The position numbers were made by a program, and so were the translations under genes. The notes under the pieces were generated by a model. It was not told where the DNA came from. It searched no databases and saw nothing but the letters and a program-made list of their open reading frames with translations. A DNA stretch of 64,000 nucleotides from Candidatus Omnitrophota bacterium (lineage in GTDB: Bacteria; Omnitrophota; Gorgyraeia; Aquiviventales; Aquiviventaceae), in the NCBI GenBank assembly GCA_023247275.1, contig JAHFGT010000001.1:6265-70264 (forward strand). Direction: 5' to 3'. Below, in pieces: positions 1-9,800 of this stretch (its first letter is position 1; every line of letters starts with the position of its first letter).

Positions 1-989
1 GCGGCCCGGAGCAGCTTGGCGGCGAACTCCGGGGCGGTGGGATTGATATAGAATCCGGTGCCCCATTCGAACCCGGCGGTGCGGGTCAGCTTTGGGATCA
101 GCTCCAGATGCCAATGGTACTCTTCCCGCTCGCGCGGCTCAATGGGCGCGGTGTGGAGGATGTAATTATACGGCGGCTCAGCCAGCGCCACGCGCAACCG
201 GCCCAGCACCTCTTTGAGCAACCGGGCAAAATCCTGCACCTGTTCAGCCGAAATGTGGGCGAAATCGGCTCGATGTTCGCGCGGCAACACCCAAATCTCA
301 AACGGAAAGTTGGACATAAACGGGCAGAACGCGATGAACGACTTGTTGTCGCACACCACCCGCTCATCCTCTTCGAGCTCCTGACGCAGCATGTCGCAAT
401 ACGGGCACCGGTCGCGAAACTCAAAGTACCGTTGGGCGCCGCGCAGCTCTTCCTGAACCCGCTTCGGCACGATGGGCAACGCGATCAACTGCGAGTGGCT
501 ATGCTCCAGCGATGCCCCGGCCGACAGGCCCACGTTTTTGAAGAGGAGGGTATATTTTAGCCGCTTGTCGCCTCGCAGATCCAGCGATCGGACTTGATAC
601 GCGGTCAGCACGTTGACGATGTCTGGCAACGAGAGATCGCCGAGCTGCTGCTGGTGATCCGGTGTCTCAATGATCACCTCATGCGCGCCAACCCCGTTGC
701 AGAAATCAAAGACCCCAAGCCCGCGACGGCCCAGGTCGCCTTCAATCTTCAACGCGGGAAATTTATTGGGCACCACTCGTAGCTGCCACCCTGGCCCGTT
801 GGCTTGGCTGTCGGCCGGCCGCAACGCGTAAATCTCTGGGGGGGTCATGGCTTCACTGCCATAGCAGAATGGACACCGACTGCTGCCGGCGGTCCGCCGC
901 TCAATCGAAAATCCATCCGGTCCGAGTGGCTGCTCGGTCTCGACGATATTCCATCGTCCAAGCACCGGATCACATCGCAGCTCAGACAT
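1..989 (-). CDS. Galactose-1-phosphate uridylyltransferase-like protein (GalT/HIT family), paralog 2; C-terminus runs past window start
   Basis: Manual minus-strand translation gives MSELRCDPVLGRWNIVETE...CPFCYGSE...EHSHSQLIALP...HWHLELIPKLTRTAGFEWGTGFYINP. It is colinear with the adjacent GalT ORF and has no stop before position 1. It is absent from the ORF track because it is open at the edge. Its ATG overlaps the upstream stop (ATGTCTGA). Confidence 0.8.
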   Translation of the reverse strand, partial: MSELRCDPVLGRWNIVETEQPLGPDGFSIERRTAGSSRCPFCYGSEAMTPPEIYALRPADSQANGPGWQLRVVPNKFPALKIEGDLGRRGLGVFDFCNGVGAHEVIIETPDHQQQLGDLSLPDIVNVLTAYQVRSLDLRGDKRLKYTLLFKNVGLSAGASLEHSHSQLIALPIVPKRVQEELRGAQRYFEFRDRCPYCDMLRQELEEDERVVCDNKSFIAFCPFMSNFPFEIWVLPREHRADFAHISAEQVQDFARLLKEVLGRLRVALAEPPYNYILHTAPIEPREREEYHWHLELIPKLTRTAGFEWGTGFYINPTAPEFAAKLLRA

Positions 990-2061
990 CTGACCGCCCC
1001 GCCGGCGCTGCAGCCTGTTCTTCCTGTTCACCCGGCACGAGCGCCTCCCGCAGATATCGGGCTGATTCCTCCGGCGGCGTCGGATTGATGTAGAACCCGC
1101 TGCCCCATTCGAACCCGGCCACGCGGGTCAGACGCGGGATCAGCTCCACATGCCAATGGTAATCCTCTTCGATCGTCTGCCAATGGCCTCGACGCTGGTG
1201 ACGAAATGGCGCCGTATGCAGCAGACAGTTGTACGGCGGGTCGTCCAACACCCCCTTGAGTCGGCTGAGCAAGCCCTTGAACGCCGCGGCTAAATCCATG
1301 AGCTCATCCGGGGCGATTTTCGCGAAATCGCATCGATGCCGCTTGGGCACGATCCAAACCTCGAACGGAAATCGCGACGCGAACGGACACAGCGCAACGG
1401 TGTGCGGCGTCTCCAGGACGACACGGGTCCGTGCGTCCAGCTCTTGACTGACCAGATCGCACACCAAGCACCGCTCTTTGTCCTCATAATACCGTCGAGC
1501 GCCGAGCAGCTCTTCTTTGACCCGCAGCGGCGTTACTGGGGTCGCGATCAACTGCGAACGACTATGTGGCACGCGGCCGGCCCCGGCCACCGACCCGTAG
1601 TTCTTGAACCAGAGCACATAGCGGAACCGCGGATCGCGTTCCAGATCGGTCATCCGGATTGTCGCTGTCTGCAACGCCGCCTGGACTTGCGTCAGGGGCA
1701 AATCAGCGGCGTTGTGCACATGCTGAGGAGTTTCCACGATCACCTCATGGGCGCCGATTCCATCCATGACGTCATACATGCCTTTGGCCCGCCGGTTCAA
1801 TTGGCCTTCAATTCGGAGAAGTGGCTTGATGCTCGGCACGACCCGGACGCGCCAGCCAGGCTGATCAGCCGCGGTCCCTTGGGTGCGCAGGGCAAAGATC
1901 TCCTTCGGCGTTTCAGATTCTTTCCCCTCGCAGAACGGACAGGCTGATGGAGCCACGGAATCGTCATGAGCGGCCAGGAAGTCGATTGGCCGTTTCGCGC
2001 GTTCGGTTGCGATAATCACCCACCGGCCGATCAACGGATCTTTACGGAGTTCAGGCATCAA
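982..2061 (-). CDS. Galactose-1-phosphate uridylyltransferase-like protein (GalT/HIT family), paralog 1
   Basis: 359 aa with a CPFCEG zinc motif. The C-terminal HWHVELIPRLTRVAGFEWGSGFYINP is typical of class I GalT. The active-site motif reads PHSRSQ, so the second His is Arg. Confidence 0.8.
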   Translation of the reverse strand: MMPELRKDPLIGRWVIIATERAKRPIDFLAAHDDSVAPSACPFCEGKESETPKEIFALRTQGTAADQPGWRVRVVPSIKPLLRIEGQLNRRAKGMYDVMDGIGAHEVIVETPQHVHNAADLPLTQVQAALQTATIRMTDLERDPRFRYVLWFKNYGSVAGAGRVPHSRSQLIATPVTPLRVKEELLGARRYYEDKERCLVCDLVSQELDARTRVVLETPHTVALCPFASRFPFEVWIVPKRHRCDFAKIAPDELMDLAAAFKGLLSRLKGVLDDPPYNCLLHTAPFRHQRRGHWQTIEEDYHWHVELIPRLTRVAGFEWGSGFYINPTPPEESARYLREALVPGEQEEQAAAPAGRSDV

Positions 2062-2971
2062 CGCGATCTCCCACCTTCATTGGATGGCCACTCAGAAATT
2101 CGCGAACGCTCATCCGCCGCCGACCGGCGAGCTGGACCTCTTCCAGCACCACAATCCCCTGTCCAGCGGCCACGGATAATCCGTCGGCACCAATGTCCAC
2201 AATCGTCCCTGGCGAACCGGACACCGTGGTCGACTTCACGCGCGCTCGCCAAATCCGCACGGGCGTCTTCTGCCACTGGGTCCACGCTCCAGGCCATGGA
2301 ACCAAGGCACGAACTTGCCGCTCGATCATCTCTGCTGGCCCGCGCCAATTGATCCGGCCATCGGCTTTCGTCAACTTCGGTGCGAGCGTGGCCTGGGAAT
2401 GATCTTGTGGGGTGGCGCGTGCGGTCTGATTGGCCAGGCTATCCAGCGCAGCGACCAGCTCTTCCGCTCCCAGCTCAGCCAAGCGATCGGTCAAGATCGG
2501 GCCGGTGTCATCAGGCCGCACCGGCATGAGGCGCTGGCGCAACACTTCGCCATCATCGAGCCGCTCGCTGAGCCGAAAAATTGATACGCCGGTCATCGGA
2601 TCGCCGTTGAGCAACGCCCAGGTAATCGGAGCCGCCCCTCGATACTTCGGCAGCAACGAGGGATGCACACCGACCATTCCATACGGTAGCGCGTCAAGCA
2701 GCTCCCGCCCAATGAGCCGTCCATACGCGATGACCACACCCACATCGACCTGCGCCGGGGAGAACAGTCCTGCGGTCGGCCGTTGCGGCTGCGCAATGGG
2801 AACCTGCAACCGCAGGGCCGCCTGTTTGACCGGTGGGGGCTCGGTCACCAGTCCTCGTCCGCACGGCCGATCCGGCTGCGTCACGCACAGTACCACGATA
2901 TGGTCACTGTGGATCAGCCGTTCAAGGCTCGGCACCGCAAATGGCGCGGTGCCAAACAATACGACCCGCAT
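2051..2971 (-). CDS. fmt: Methionyl-tRNA formyltransferase
   Basis: 306 aa. N-terminal formyltransferase fold (VVLFGTAPFAVPSLERL, HPSLLPKYRGAAPI) and a C-terminal Fmt domain. It lies immediately downstream of def, the conserved def-fmt arrangement. Confidence 0.9.
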   Translation of the reverse strand: MRVVLFGTAPFAVPSLERLIHSDHIVVLCVTQPDRPCGRGLVTEPPPVKQAALRLQVPIAQPQRPTAGLFSPAQVDVGVVIAYGRLIGRELLDALPYGMVGVHPSLLPKYRGAAPITWALLNGDPMTGVSIFRLSERLDDGEVLRQRLMPVRPDDTGPILTDRLAELGAEELVAALDSLANQTARATPQDHSQATLAPKLTKADGRINWRGPAEMIERQVRALVPWPGAWTQWQKTPVRIWRARVKSTTVSGSPGTIVDIGADGLSVAAGQGIVVLEEVQLAGRRRMSVREFLSGHPMKVGDRVDA

Positions 2972-3037
2972 GCCCGCGCTCCAATCAGACGAGCGCCATC
3001 GAGACGCGCGCTCGCTGAGATGGTCGATGAGTGCTCG

Positions 3038-3553
3038 TCACGGCAAGGACGTGCAGGCTGTTGCTCCAGCAGCGTGGGGCTGGCGGTGAAGCCGTCGACG
3101 ACGAAACCAGGGCAGCCGATCGATGAATAAATGCCCTGCCAGGTGGTCCAATTCGTGCTGCAGAATAATGGCCAACAACCCGGCGGCCTCGATCGTGACC
3201 ACGGCCCCGGACAAATCTTGCCCGCGCACCCGCACCGATCCGGCGCGTCGCACCCGCTCCCACACATCCGGCAGACTGAGGCACCCTTCCACCACGCTGG
3301 CCCGCCCTCCCACTGTCTCAAGAACCGGGTTGAGCATGACGACTTCGTTCCGGCGTTGCTCAGATGGATTCGCGACGAAGAGCTGAATCGCTTGCCCAAC
3401 TTGCGGAGCCGCTAACCCAATTCCCTTGTTCGCATACATGGTGTCAATCATATCGCGCGCCAGCCGACGCACCTGGTCGGTGATGCGGGGGATGGGGTGG
3501 GCTGGCTGATGCAACACTGGGTCTGGCTCGACGCACAATGGACGAATACTCAT
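3038..3553 (-). CDS. def: Peptide deformylase
   Basis: 171 aa with the three PDF motifs GIGLAAPQVG, EGCLS and HELDHL. Confidence 0.9.
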   Translation of the reverse strand: MSIRPLCVEPDPVLHQPAHPIPRITDQVRRLARDMIDTMYANKGIGLAAPQVGQAIQLFVANPSEQRRNEVVMLNPVLETVGGRASVVEGCLSLPDVWERVRRAGSVRVRGQDLSGAVVTIEAAGLLAIILQHELDHLAGHLFIDRLPWFRRRRLHRQPHAAGATACTSLP

Positions 3554-3641
3554 GCGAGTTATTCTAACCGGCGTCGGACAAAATGCAACTTTAGGAGACG
3601 GCTCGGCGGTTCATTTGCTCAATGGCGAACTCCTCAAACGA

Positions 3642-3684
3642 TTGAGCTATTGAGCCGCTGAGCCAATGAGCTATAATTTGTTTC
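3642..3684 (+). promoter_or_regulatory. Sigma70-like promoter (TTGAGC-N16-TATAAT) for the TPR gene; predicted leaderless transcript
   Basis: TTGAGC at about 3650-3655 and a perfect TATAAT at about 3672-3677, with 16-nt spacing. The ATG at 3685 lies 7 nt after the -10 and there is no SD sequence. A duplicated TTGAGC sits at 3642-3647. Confidence 0.45.
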
Positions 3685-4284
3685 ATGCCCACGGCCCCGG
3701 CGGTCCCGACCGACCTGCAACCGTATTTCGAGAAAGGGATCCAAGCCTACACGCAGGGCAGCTATGACTATGCCGTGGACCTGCTCACCTTTGTGATCCA
3801 ACACGCGCCAGATGCCACCGAGGCTCGTCGGTATCTTCGCCTTGCCATCCAAAAGCGGTTTGGCCAAGCGCCGCCTTCTCTGTTGACCCAACTCGGAGCC
3901 ACGCTGGTTTCTTGGCCGGTGCGCCTGTGGGCCATTCTGGCGCAACTGCAAGGCAACTATCGCCAGGCCACCAACCTGTATCAATGGTTGCTGAGCCTGT
4001 GTCCGCGATCGCGCTCGTTGCTGATGCGGATGGCCTGGACGCTGACACGGAGCGGGCTTGAAGATGCCGCGCTTCACACCTATGAAGAGCTGCTGTCGAT
4101 CGATCCGAATCATCTTGGCGCCCTGCGCAAACTGGCCCGTCTGGCGATGAAGCGCGGCAATGATGCGCTCGCTCGTCAATGTTTTGAACGGGTGCTCCAT
4201 CTTCATCCAGCCGATATCGAGGCGCAGCAAAGCCTGCGCAACCTTGATGCCCTCGGCACACTGAAAAAGGGATTCGCCACCTAA
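3685..4284 (+). CDS. Tetratricopeptide-repeat (TPR) protein
   Basis: 199 aa of helical-repeat sequence with repeated A/L/Y-rich 34-aa units (AYTQGSYDYAVDLL..., ALRKLARLAMKRGNDALARQCFERVLHLHP). Confidence 0.55.
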   Translation: MPTAPAVPTDLQPYFEKGIQAYTQGSYDYAVDLLTFVIQHAPDATEARRYLRLAIQKRFGQAPPSLLTQLGATLVSWPVRLWAILAQLQGNYRQATNLYQWLLSLCPRSRSLLMRMAWTLTRSGLEDAALHTYEELLSIDPNHLGALRKLARLAMKRGNDALARQCFERVLHLHPADIEAQQSLRNLDALGTLKKGFAT

Positions 4285-4290
4285 GCGCCT

Positions 4291-4323
4291 GGCTCAATGG
4301 TTCGAGGAGTCAGCCATTGCGCC
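4291..4323. terminator. Candidate bidirectional terminator hairpin between convergent TPR gene and priA
   Basis: GGCTCAATGG ... CCATTGCGCC forms a 10-bp stem with one mismatch and a 13-nt loop. It lies in the 52-nt gap between two convergent stop codons. There is no clear U-tract. Confidence 0.25.
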
Positions 4324-4336
4324 AATGACCTGTTGC

Positions 4337-6334
4337 TTAGAGCGGATCCACATTTACCTTCACCGGCAGCCCAGCGAACTTGCGGCCAGGCTGCAAGACC
4401 TGCCGTAACACAACCACCATTGGCTCTACCGCTCGCCCCTTCAGCATCAGGCACATCCGGTAGGCGCGGCGCAGTCGAGGAATCCGGTGAGGAGCTGGAC
4501 CGAGCAAGCTGATCCGGGCGGATTTGCCGTGCTGGCGGAGCCGCTCCGCAAGCTGCCCAGCCGCCTGCCCAACGCGCTCACTCGAACCGCCAATAACCGT
4601 CAGCTCGATCAGATGGAGAAACGGCGGCAGGCCCAGGCGCCGGCGCATCGTAATTTCTTCACGATAGAACTGCAGATAGTCCTGCTGGCGCGCGGCCTGG
4701 ATCGCGTAATGATCCGGACAGTAGGTTTGCACCAAGACCCGCCCAGGCTGGTCGCCACGACCGGCCCGACCAGCCATCTGTGTCAAGAGGTCAAACGTGC
4801 GCTCCCCGGCCCGGAAATCAGGCAAGTTCAATTCCGTATCCGCCGATACCACGCCGACCAGCGTCACTTGCGGAAAATCAAACCCCTTCGCGATCATCTG
4901 CGTGCCGACCAACAACCTCACCTGCTGATTTTTAACCGCCTGGTACAGCCGGTGATGACTCTGGCGATCCTTGGTCGTATCCCGATCCATCCGAGCGATC
5001 GACTCGGTGGGAAAGAGTCGGTGCAGTTCGGATTCAATGCGTTCGGTCCCGCTGCCCCGAAACTTGAGATACCCCTTATGGCACACGTCGCAGACGGTAG
5101 GAGGCTGCTCCTGCCGGTTGCAGTAGTGACAAATGAGCTGGCCAGCGCCGGCATGGTAAATCAATGGCACCGAACACTGGGCGCATCGCTTGACCGCCCC
5201 GCACAGTTGGCATTGGGCTGACCGAGCAAACCCGCGCCGGTTCAGCAGCAGCATCGCCTGCTCATTGCGCGCCACGGTTTGTTCCAGCGCGCGTTGCAGC
5301 ATGACCGACACCGCCCCAGCCCGCCGACGGCCATGCACATCGTCGCGCAAATCGATCAGCTCCACGCGCGGCAGCGGCCGACCCTGCACCCGCTCCGGCA
5401 GGACGACCATCCGCCCGCCCGGCTGCGTCGCCTGATAATAGCTTTCGATTGAGGGGGTCGCGCTGCCGAGCACCAACACCGCTTGCGCGAGTCGAGCCCG
5501 AGCCCGCGCCACCTCTCGCGCATGCACATGTGGCACAGCTTCCTGTTTGTAGCTGGTCTCCTGCTCCTCGTCGACCACAATGACCCCAAGCCGCTGAACC
5601 GGCGCAAACACCGCAGAGCGGGCGCCCACCACAACCTGACAATCTCCACACGCCAACCGGGTCCAATTTGATCGGCGCTGCGTCGCAGTCAATCGGCTGT
5701 GCCACACGACCACGCGCTCCCCGAACCGCTGGTGAAGCCGCTCCACGGTTTGCGGGGTCAATGCGATTTCAGGAATCAGATACAGGGCGCCTCGACCAGC
5801 GGCCAGCGCCGCCTCGATCACTCGCAGATACACCTCAGTCTTGCCTGACCCTGTGACCCCATGGATCAACACTTCTCCAAACGTGTCGGCAGCACAGACG
5901 TTCATGATCGTGCCCAGCGCCTGCTCCTGCGCTGGGGTTAACACCGGCCGCGGGGCCGCCGTCACAACTGACGCCATCTTCCCATCCCTGCGCCCTGGGG
6001 TGGTCGCAGCAGCATCCGGCCCAACTCGAATCGCGCTCGGCACCATGGCAGCCAAGGCTTCTCCGAGGCTGCAGCAATAATAGTCCGTGATCCACCGCGC
6101 GAGCGCCCACCGTTCGCCGGTGATGACCGCAGACGCATCAATCATTTGGCGGATGGGTTTGAGTTTCGCAATGGGACTGTCCGACAGTCGGGTGATGACC
6201 ATCCCCACCTGGTCCCGCGATCCAAACGGTGCGATGACCCGCACGCCCGGCTCAATCTGATCAGCCAGGCTGGCCGGGATCAGATAATGAAACGACCGGT
6301 CCAGCGGCACATTGAACACCACTTCTGCAATCAT
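4337..6334 (-). CDS. priA: Primosomal protein N' (replication restart helicase PriA)
   Basis: 665 aa with Walker A GVTGSGKTEVY, a DEAH-like VVDEEQE box, a Cys-rich zinc-finger insert (CQLCGAVKRCAQCS...CHYC...CDVC) and a helicase C-terminal domain. Confidence 0.9.
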   Translation of the reverse strand: MIAEVVFNVPLDRSFHYLIPASLADQIEPGVRVIAPFGSRDQVGMVITRLSDSPIAKLKPIRQMIDASAVITGERWALARWITDYYCCSLGEALAAMVPSAIRVGPDAAATTPGRRDGKMASVVTAAPRPVLTPAQEQALGTIMNVCAADTFGEVLIHGVTGSGKTEVYLRVIEAALAAGRGALYLIPEIALTPQTVERLHQRFGERVVVWHSRLTATQRRSNWTRLACGDCQVVVGARSAVFAPVQRLGVIVVDEEQETSYKQEAVPHVHAREVARARARLAQAVLVLGSATPSIESYYQATQPGGRMVVLPERVQGRPLPRVELIDLRDDVHGRRRAGAVSVMLQRALEQTVARNEQAMLLLNRRGFARSAQCQLCGAVKRCAQCSVPLIYHAGAGQLICHYCNRQEQPPTVCDVCHKGYLKFRGSGTERIESELHRLFPTESIARMDRDTTKDRQSHHRLYQAVKNQQVRLLVGTQMIAKGFDFPQVTLVGVVSADTELNLPDFRAGERTFDLLTQMAGRAGRGDQPGRVLVQTYCPDHYAIQAARQQDYLQFYREEITMRRRLGLPPFLHLIELTVIGGSSERVGQAAGQLAERLRQHGKSARISLLGPAPHRIPRLRRAYRMCLMLKGRAVEPMVVVLRQVLQPGRKFAGLPVKVNVDPL

Positions 6335-6364
6335 CGGATGAAGGGTCCTGAGAATGAGGTTGCG

Positions 6365-7204
6365 CTATCCATCTCTTTGTAGTGCAGCTTGGGTCGGCGG
6401 GTGCTGCATGACAGCACATGGCAGCCCAAAGGGCATAGCGAGCACACGGGTGAACGTCACACTGCGCGGATACTCCGGTAGGCCGATGACAAGATGGCGT
6501 TGCTCAACTCCAAAGCGGTAGGTGCCAAAGAGACGGTCCCAGAAGGAGAAGATCGTTGCATAGTTCGCATTCGTCTCTTCAGACGCCTGGGAGTGGTGGA
6601 TGCGGTGCATGTCCGGGGTGACAATAATCCACCGCAGCCATGTTTCCAGCGGCTCAGGGATACGCAGGTTGGCATGCTCGAGCTGGTTCAGCAGCCCGAA
6701 GACGATCTCAAAAATGACGATACTCGCCACCTGGGCTCCCAAGAACGCGATGACCCACAGCCGGAAGATGGCCGAGAGCACCATCTCTGTGAGATGGAAC
6801 CGGCCCGCAGTTGTCACATCGAGGTCGCGGTCACTGTGGTGCACCCGGTGCATGCGCCACATTAGCGGCAGCCCGTGGTACGCCCGGTGCCACCAGTACG
6901 TCGCTCCGTCCAGCACGATGACTGTCGCGAGCACGTTCCACCAGTCCCTGATGCCGAGCCAGTGCAGCAATCCGATCCGGTGCAGCTCATAGACGTGATA
7001 CAAGGCGACGATCATCCCGCCTAAGAGCGCGCTCAGCAGCAGCGCATTCGATCCCGCAATGAAGAAGTTAATGGCGTAGCGCCGGCGGCGGGACTCCACT
7101 GGCCGGCGGAACGGCCAGACCAGCTCCAGCAACAGCAGGAGGAGGAGTCCGCCGACACCGATGAACCCGCGTTCAATGGTCAACAGAGGCACCATGAGGA
7201 CCAC
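6365..7204 (-). CDS. Fatty acid hydroxylase / sterol desaturase superfamily membrane protein
   Basis: 279 aa, hydrophobic, with three His boxes (HRAYH, HRVHHS, HRIHHS). Confidence 0.75.
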   Translation of the reverse strand: MVLMVPLLTIERGFIGVGGLLLLLLLELVWPFRRPVESRRRRYAINFFIAGSNALLLSALLGGMIVALYHVYELHRIGLLHWLGIRDWWNVLATVIVLDGATYWWHRAYHGLPLMWRMHRVHHSDRDLDVTTAGRFHLTEMVLSAIFRLWVIAFLGAQVASIVIFEIVFGLLNQLEHANLRIPEPLETWLRWIIVTPDMHRIHHSQASEETNANYATIFSFWDRLFGTYRFGVEQRHLVIGLPEYPRSVTFTRVLAMPFGLPCAVMQHPPTQAALQRDG

Positions 7205-7928
7205 CTTCTGGTTCCCTGATGTCTCCTTGATCGAGGAGCTGCTTCACTCTTTTAAGGTCTTTCCAGGCGTCCTTTTTTGCGGCAGGGTTGCGCAGTAAGT
7301 AGGCTGGATGAAACGTCGGGACCAGCGGAATCCCATTGAAGTCGCGCACCTCTCCACGGATCTTCATGATCGAAAGGTGTGCGCCCAGCAACGCCTTGGT
7401 CGCCACCGCGCCTAAGGTACAGACCACGGCAGGCTGAATGATCTCCAATTGCCGCTGCAAAAATGGCGCGCACGCTTCCATCTCCTCTGGCAAGGGGGTC
7501 CGGTTGCCCGGTGGCCGATCTTTCAGCACATTGCAGATATACACCTGGTCCCGACGCAACCCCATGGCCACGATCATCCGATTGAGGAGTTGTCCGGCAG
7601 CACCAACGAACGGTTTTCCCTGCAGATCTTCGTCACGGCCTGGCGCCTCACCGATGAAGACCAGCCGAGCTGCCAGGGTCCCATCGCCGACCACCGCATG
7701 CGTTCGGGTGCGATACAACGAGCAGGCTCGGCAGCGTTGGACCTCCTGCGTCAGCGCGGCTAGCTGCTGCTCTTTCCACGCCACATCGCGCTCGTTCGCC
7801 TCTGGATCGATCGCTCGCTCAGGCGCCACCGGAACGCCGGTCACACCGCCTAGTCGCAACCCGTCAACATGCGCGCGCAACGCGCGAGCCATTCGTTGAA
7901 GCTCATGCGATCGGTTCACCTGCGTCAT
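7173..7928 (-). CDS. Uracil-DNA glycosylase, family 4
   Basis: CRACSLY Fe-S cysteines and the family-4 motif GEAPGRDEDLQGKPFVGAAGQLLNRM. The maximal ORF extends to 7949. The start at 7928 gives a 1-nt TGATG overlap with the upstream gene. Confidence 0.8.
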   Translation of the reverse strand: MTQVNRSHELQRMARALRAHVDGLRLGGVTGVPVAPERAIDPEANERDVAWKEQQLAALTQEVQRCRACSLYRTRTHAVVGDGTLAARLVFIGEAPGRDEDLQGKPFVGAAGQLLNRMIVAMGLRRDQVYICNVLKDRPPGNRTPLPEEMEACAPFLQRQLEIIQPAVVCTLGAVATKALLGAHLSIMKIRGEVRDFNGIPLVPTFHPAYLLRNPAAKKDAWKDLKRVKQLLDQGDIREPEGGPHGASVDH

Positions 7929-9022
7929 CAGGATCGCCTGGGGGTGCAAGCCAGTAACGGATCCATGACGTCGGCGACAATCCGCGCCGCTGCGCCGGCA
8001 CCGCCCAGTTGCTTCGCGGCGTGTCGCATGGCGGTCCTCTGCTCAGGATCTTGCAGCAGTCGCACGACCGCAGCGCTGACCTGTCGTGGCGTTGGGGCGA
8101 TGATTCCCGCGCCATGGCGCACCACATAGGCGGCGTTGAGCCGCTCTTGGCCAGGAATGACATGGGAGAGAATGAGCGGCAGCTCACGAGCCAGCGCTTC
8201 ACTGACCGTCAATCCCCCAGCTTTCGTGACAATCAGATCACTGACCCCCATCAGCTCTGCCATCCGATCGATGAATCCGAACACCCGCATTGGCATTCGG
8301 CTGGACGCAGCCGCCTGGGTCCATCTGGCCTGGGCCATGGCGTCTTGACCACACACAACGATCAATTGCAGCCGGCCAGGCCACCGAGGTTCGAGATCGA
8401 CCAGCGCCTGCACGACACGGTTGAAGTTGCCAACCGTCGTCCCACCACTCGTCACCAACACCGTCAATCGATCCATGGAGAGTTGCAGCTGCGCCAAGAC
8501 CGTCGTTCGGTCCACTGGTCGGCCGAAGGCCGGATCGATCGGAATGCCGGCCAGGTGGATTCGAGAGGGCACGACCCCACGACGCTGTAACAGCGCGACG
8601 CTCTCTGGTGTGGCCGCCACGACCGCATCCGCATGGGAAGAGATCCAAAACCAGTGCGGGTGTAAGTCCGTCACGACCACCACGACCGGGGCTTGCAACC
8701 ATCCCTGAGCCCGTCCAGCACTGCACACATCCGCGGGAAGAAAATGGGTCACCAGCACCACATCTGGACGCGTGGTCTTGAGTCGATCAACCAGCCGACG
8801 GGCGATCCAGAAATTCCACCGTTGTCGCACCGGCTGCACGAAGCGGTAGATGGCGTCCTGATCCAAGAGCGCGTAACTGAGACGCCAGACCCAGGAGAGA
8901 TGTCGGACCAGCAACAAGTATGTCGAGGAATAGACCGCAGAGAATCCACCGGGCGAATCGCTCAGCACATCAAGACACTCGACGACAGCCTCTGGGTGAC
9001 GCAGGCGGGCAGCCTGGGCCAA
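7928..9022 (-). CDS. MGDG-synthase / UgtP-like diacylglycerol glycosyltransferase (GT28)
   Basis: 364 aa. N-terminal MGDG_synth-like region (VLVTHFLPADV...VVVTDLHPHWFW) and a C-terminal GT28 domain (TSGGTTVGNF...KAGGLTVSEAL). Confidence 0.7.
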   Translation of the reverse strand: MAQAARLRHPEAVVECLDVLSDSPGGFSAVYSSTYLLLVRHLSWVWRLSYALLDQDAIYRFVQPVRQRWNFWIARRLVDRLKTTRPDVVLVTHFLPADVCSAGRAQGWLQAPVVVVVTDLHPHWFWISSHADAVVAATPESVALLQRRGVVPSRIHLAGIPIDPAFGRPVDRTTVLAQLQLSMDRLTVLVTSGGTTVGNFNRVVQALVDLEPRWPGRLQLIVVCGQDAMAQARWTQAAASSRMPMRVFGFIDRMAELMGVSDLIVTKAGGLTVSEALARELPLILSHVIPGQERLNAAYVVRHGAGIIAPTPRQVSAAVVRLLQDPEQRTAMRHAAKQLGGAGAAARIVADVMDPLLACTPRRS

Positions 9023-9089
9023 CGCTTCAGCCGCTCGACGATGACCGGCCCCGGCGGTGACGTAGAGGATAGTGATGCGGATCGCGGCT

Positions 9090-9800
9090 CTAACTTGGGT
9101 CTTTCAGTTGCCGGAAGAGGTCATAGTACCCGGAGAGCTTGGCGCGAAACAGCCATGGATTCCGGTCCCGGTCAGTCACCTTAATGCGGCGCAAGGCAAA
9201 TCGATCGATGCCTCGCACCGGCGACAGCCGGTTGGTGGTAAATGCAGCCCCATACCCTGCCGCGCGGATCGCCGCTTGAACGTGCGAACTGAACCCGCCA
9301 ACCGGATAACTGATAAACCTGATCGGCTGGCCCACCTGCTGCTCGATGATCCGCTTCGACTCCACGACTTCTTCTTGCAGCCGCTCACGTGGCACCGTTG
9401 GCAAATAGCTGTGATGCATCGTATGGCAGCCAATCACCATCCCGTCTTGGCCCATCTCGCACACCTGGCTCCACGTCGCGAACCCTTGCAGGCCAACCTC
9501 ACTGGGGGTAATAAACACCGTCGCTGGGAACCCGAACCGCTTCAGCCGCGGCCAGGCAATCGTGTAGGTCTCTTCATACCCATCGTCGAAGGTAATCGCC
9601 ACGCTGCGCCGGGGCCATGGAGCGCCTTGGTCGATGCACGTGGCCAGCTCCTCGGCGCTGAGCACACGATACTGCTCTCGTGCCAGAAACGCGAGTTGCC
9701 GTTCAAACGATTCTTCTGACACGGTGGGCACATGGTCGCCCTTCGACGACCCGACCCGGTGGTACCCTAGAATGGGCAGATAATAGCGCCAACGACTCAT
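9090..9800 (-). CDS. Polysaccharide deacetylase (CE4 / NodB homology)
   Basis: VAITFDDGYEETYT and HTMHHSYL motifs. The maximal ORF extends to 9848. Met-16 at about 9800 gives an ATGA overlap with the upstream gene. Confidence 0.8.
   Translation of the reverse strand: MSRWRYYLPILGYHRVGSSKGDHVPTVSEESFERQLAFLAREQYRVLSAEELATCIDQGAPWPRRSVAITFDDGYEETYTIAWPRLKRFGFPATVFITPSEVGLQGFATWSQVCEMGQDGMVIGCHTMHHSYLPTVPRERLQEEVVESKRIIEQQVGQPIRFISYPVGGFSSHVQAAIRAAGYGAAFTTNRLSPVRGIDRFALRRIKVTDRDRNPWLFRAKLSGYYDLFRQLKDPS

Noticed and set aside
108-560. 150-aa plus-strand ORF, and similar long antisense ORFs such as 1336-1947, 4487-5221, 18321-19100, 22103-22777, 24350-25111, 26275-26964, 34696-35397, 39608-40288, 44533-45555 and 52037-53320
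   Set aside because: Each lies opposite a minus-strand gene with clear conserved-domain content. Long stop-free antisense frames are expected in 65% GC DNA. Their translations are low-complexity Arg/Pro/Ala-rich with no motifs.
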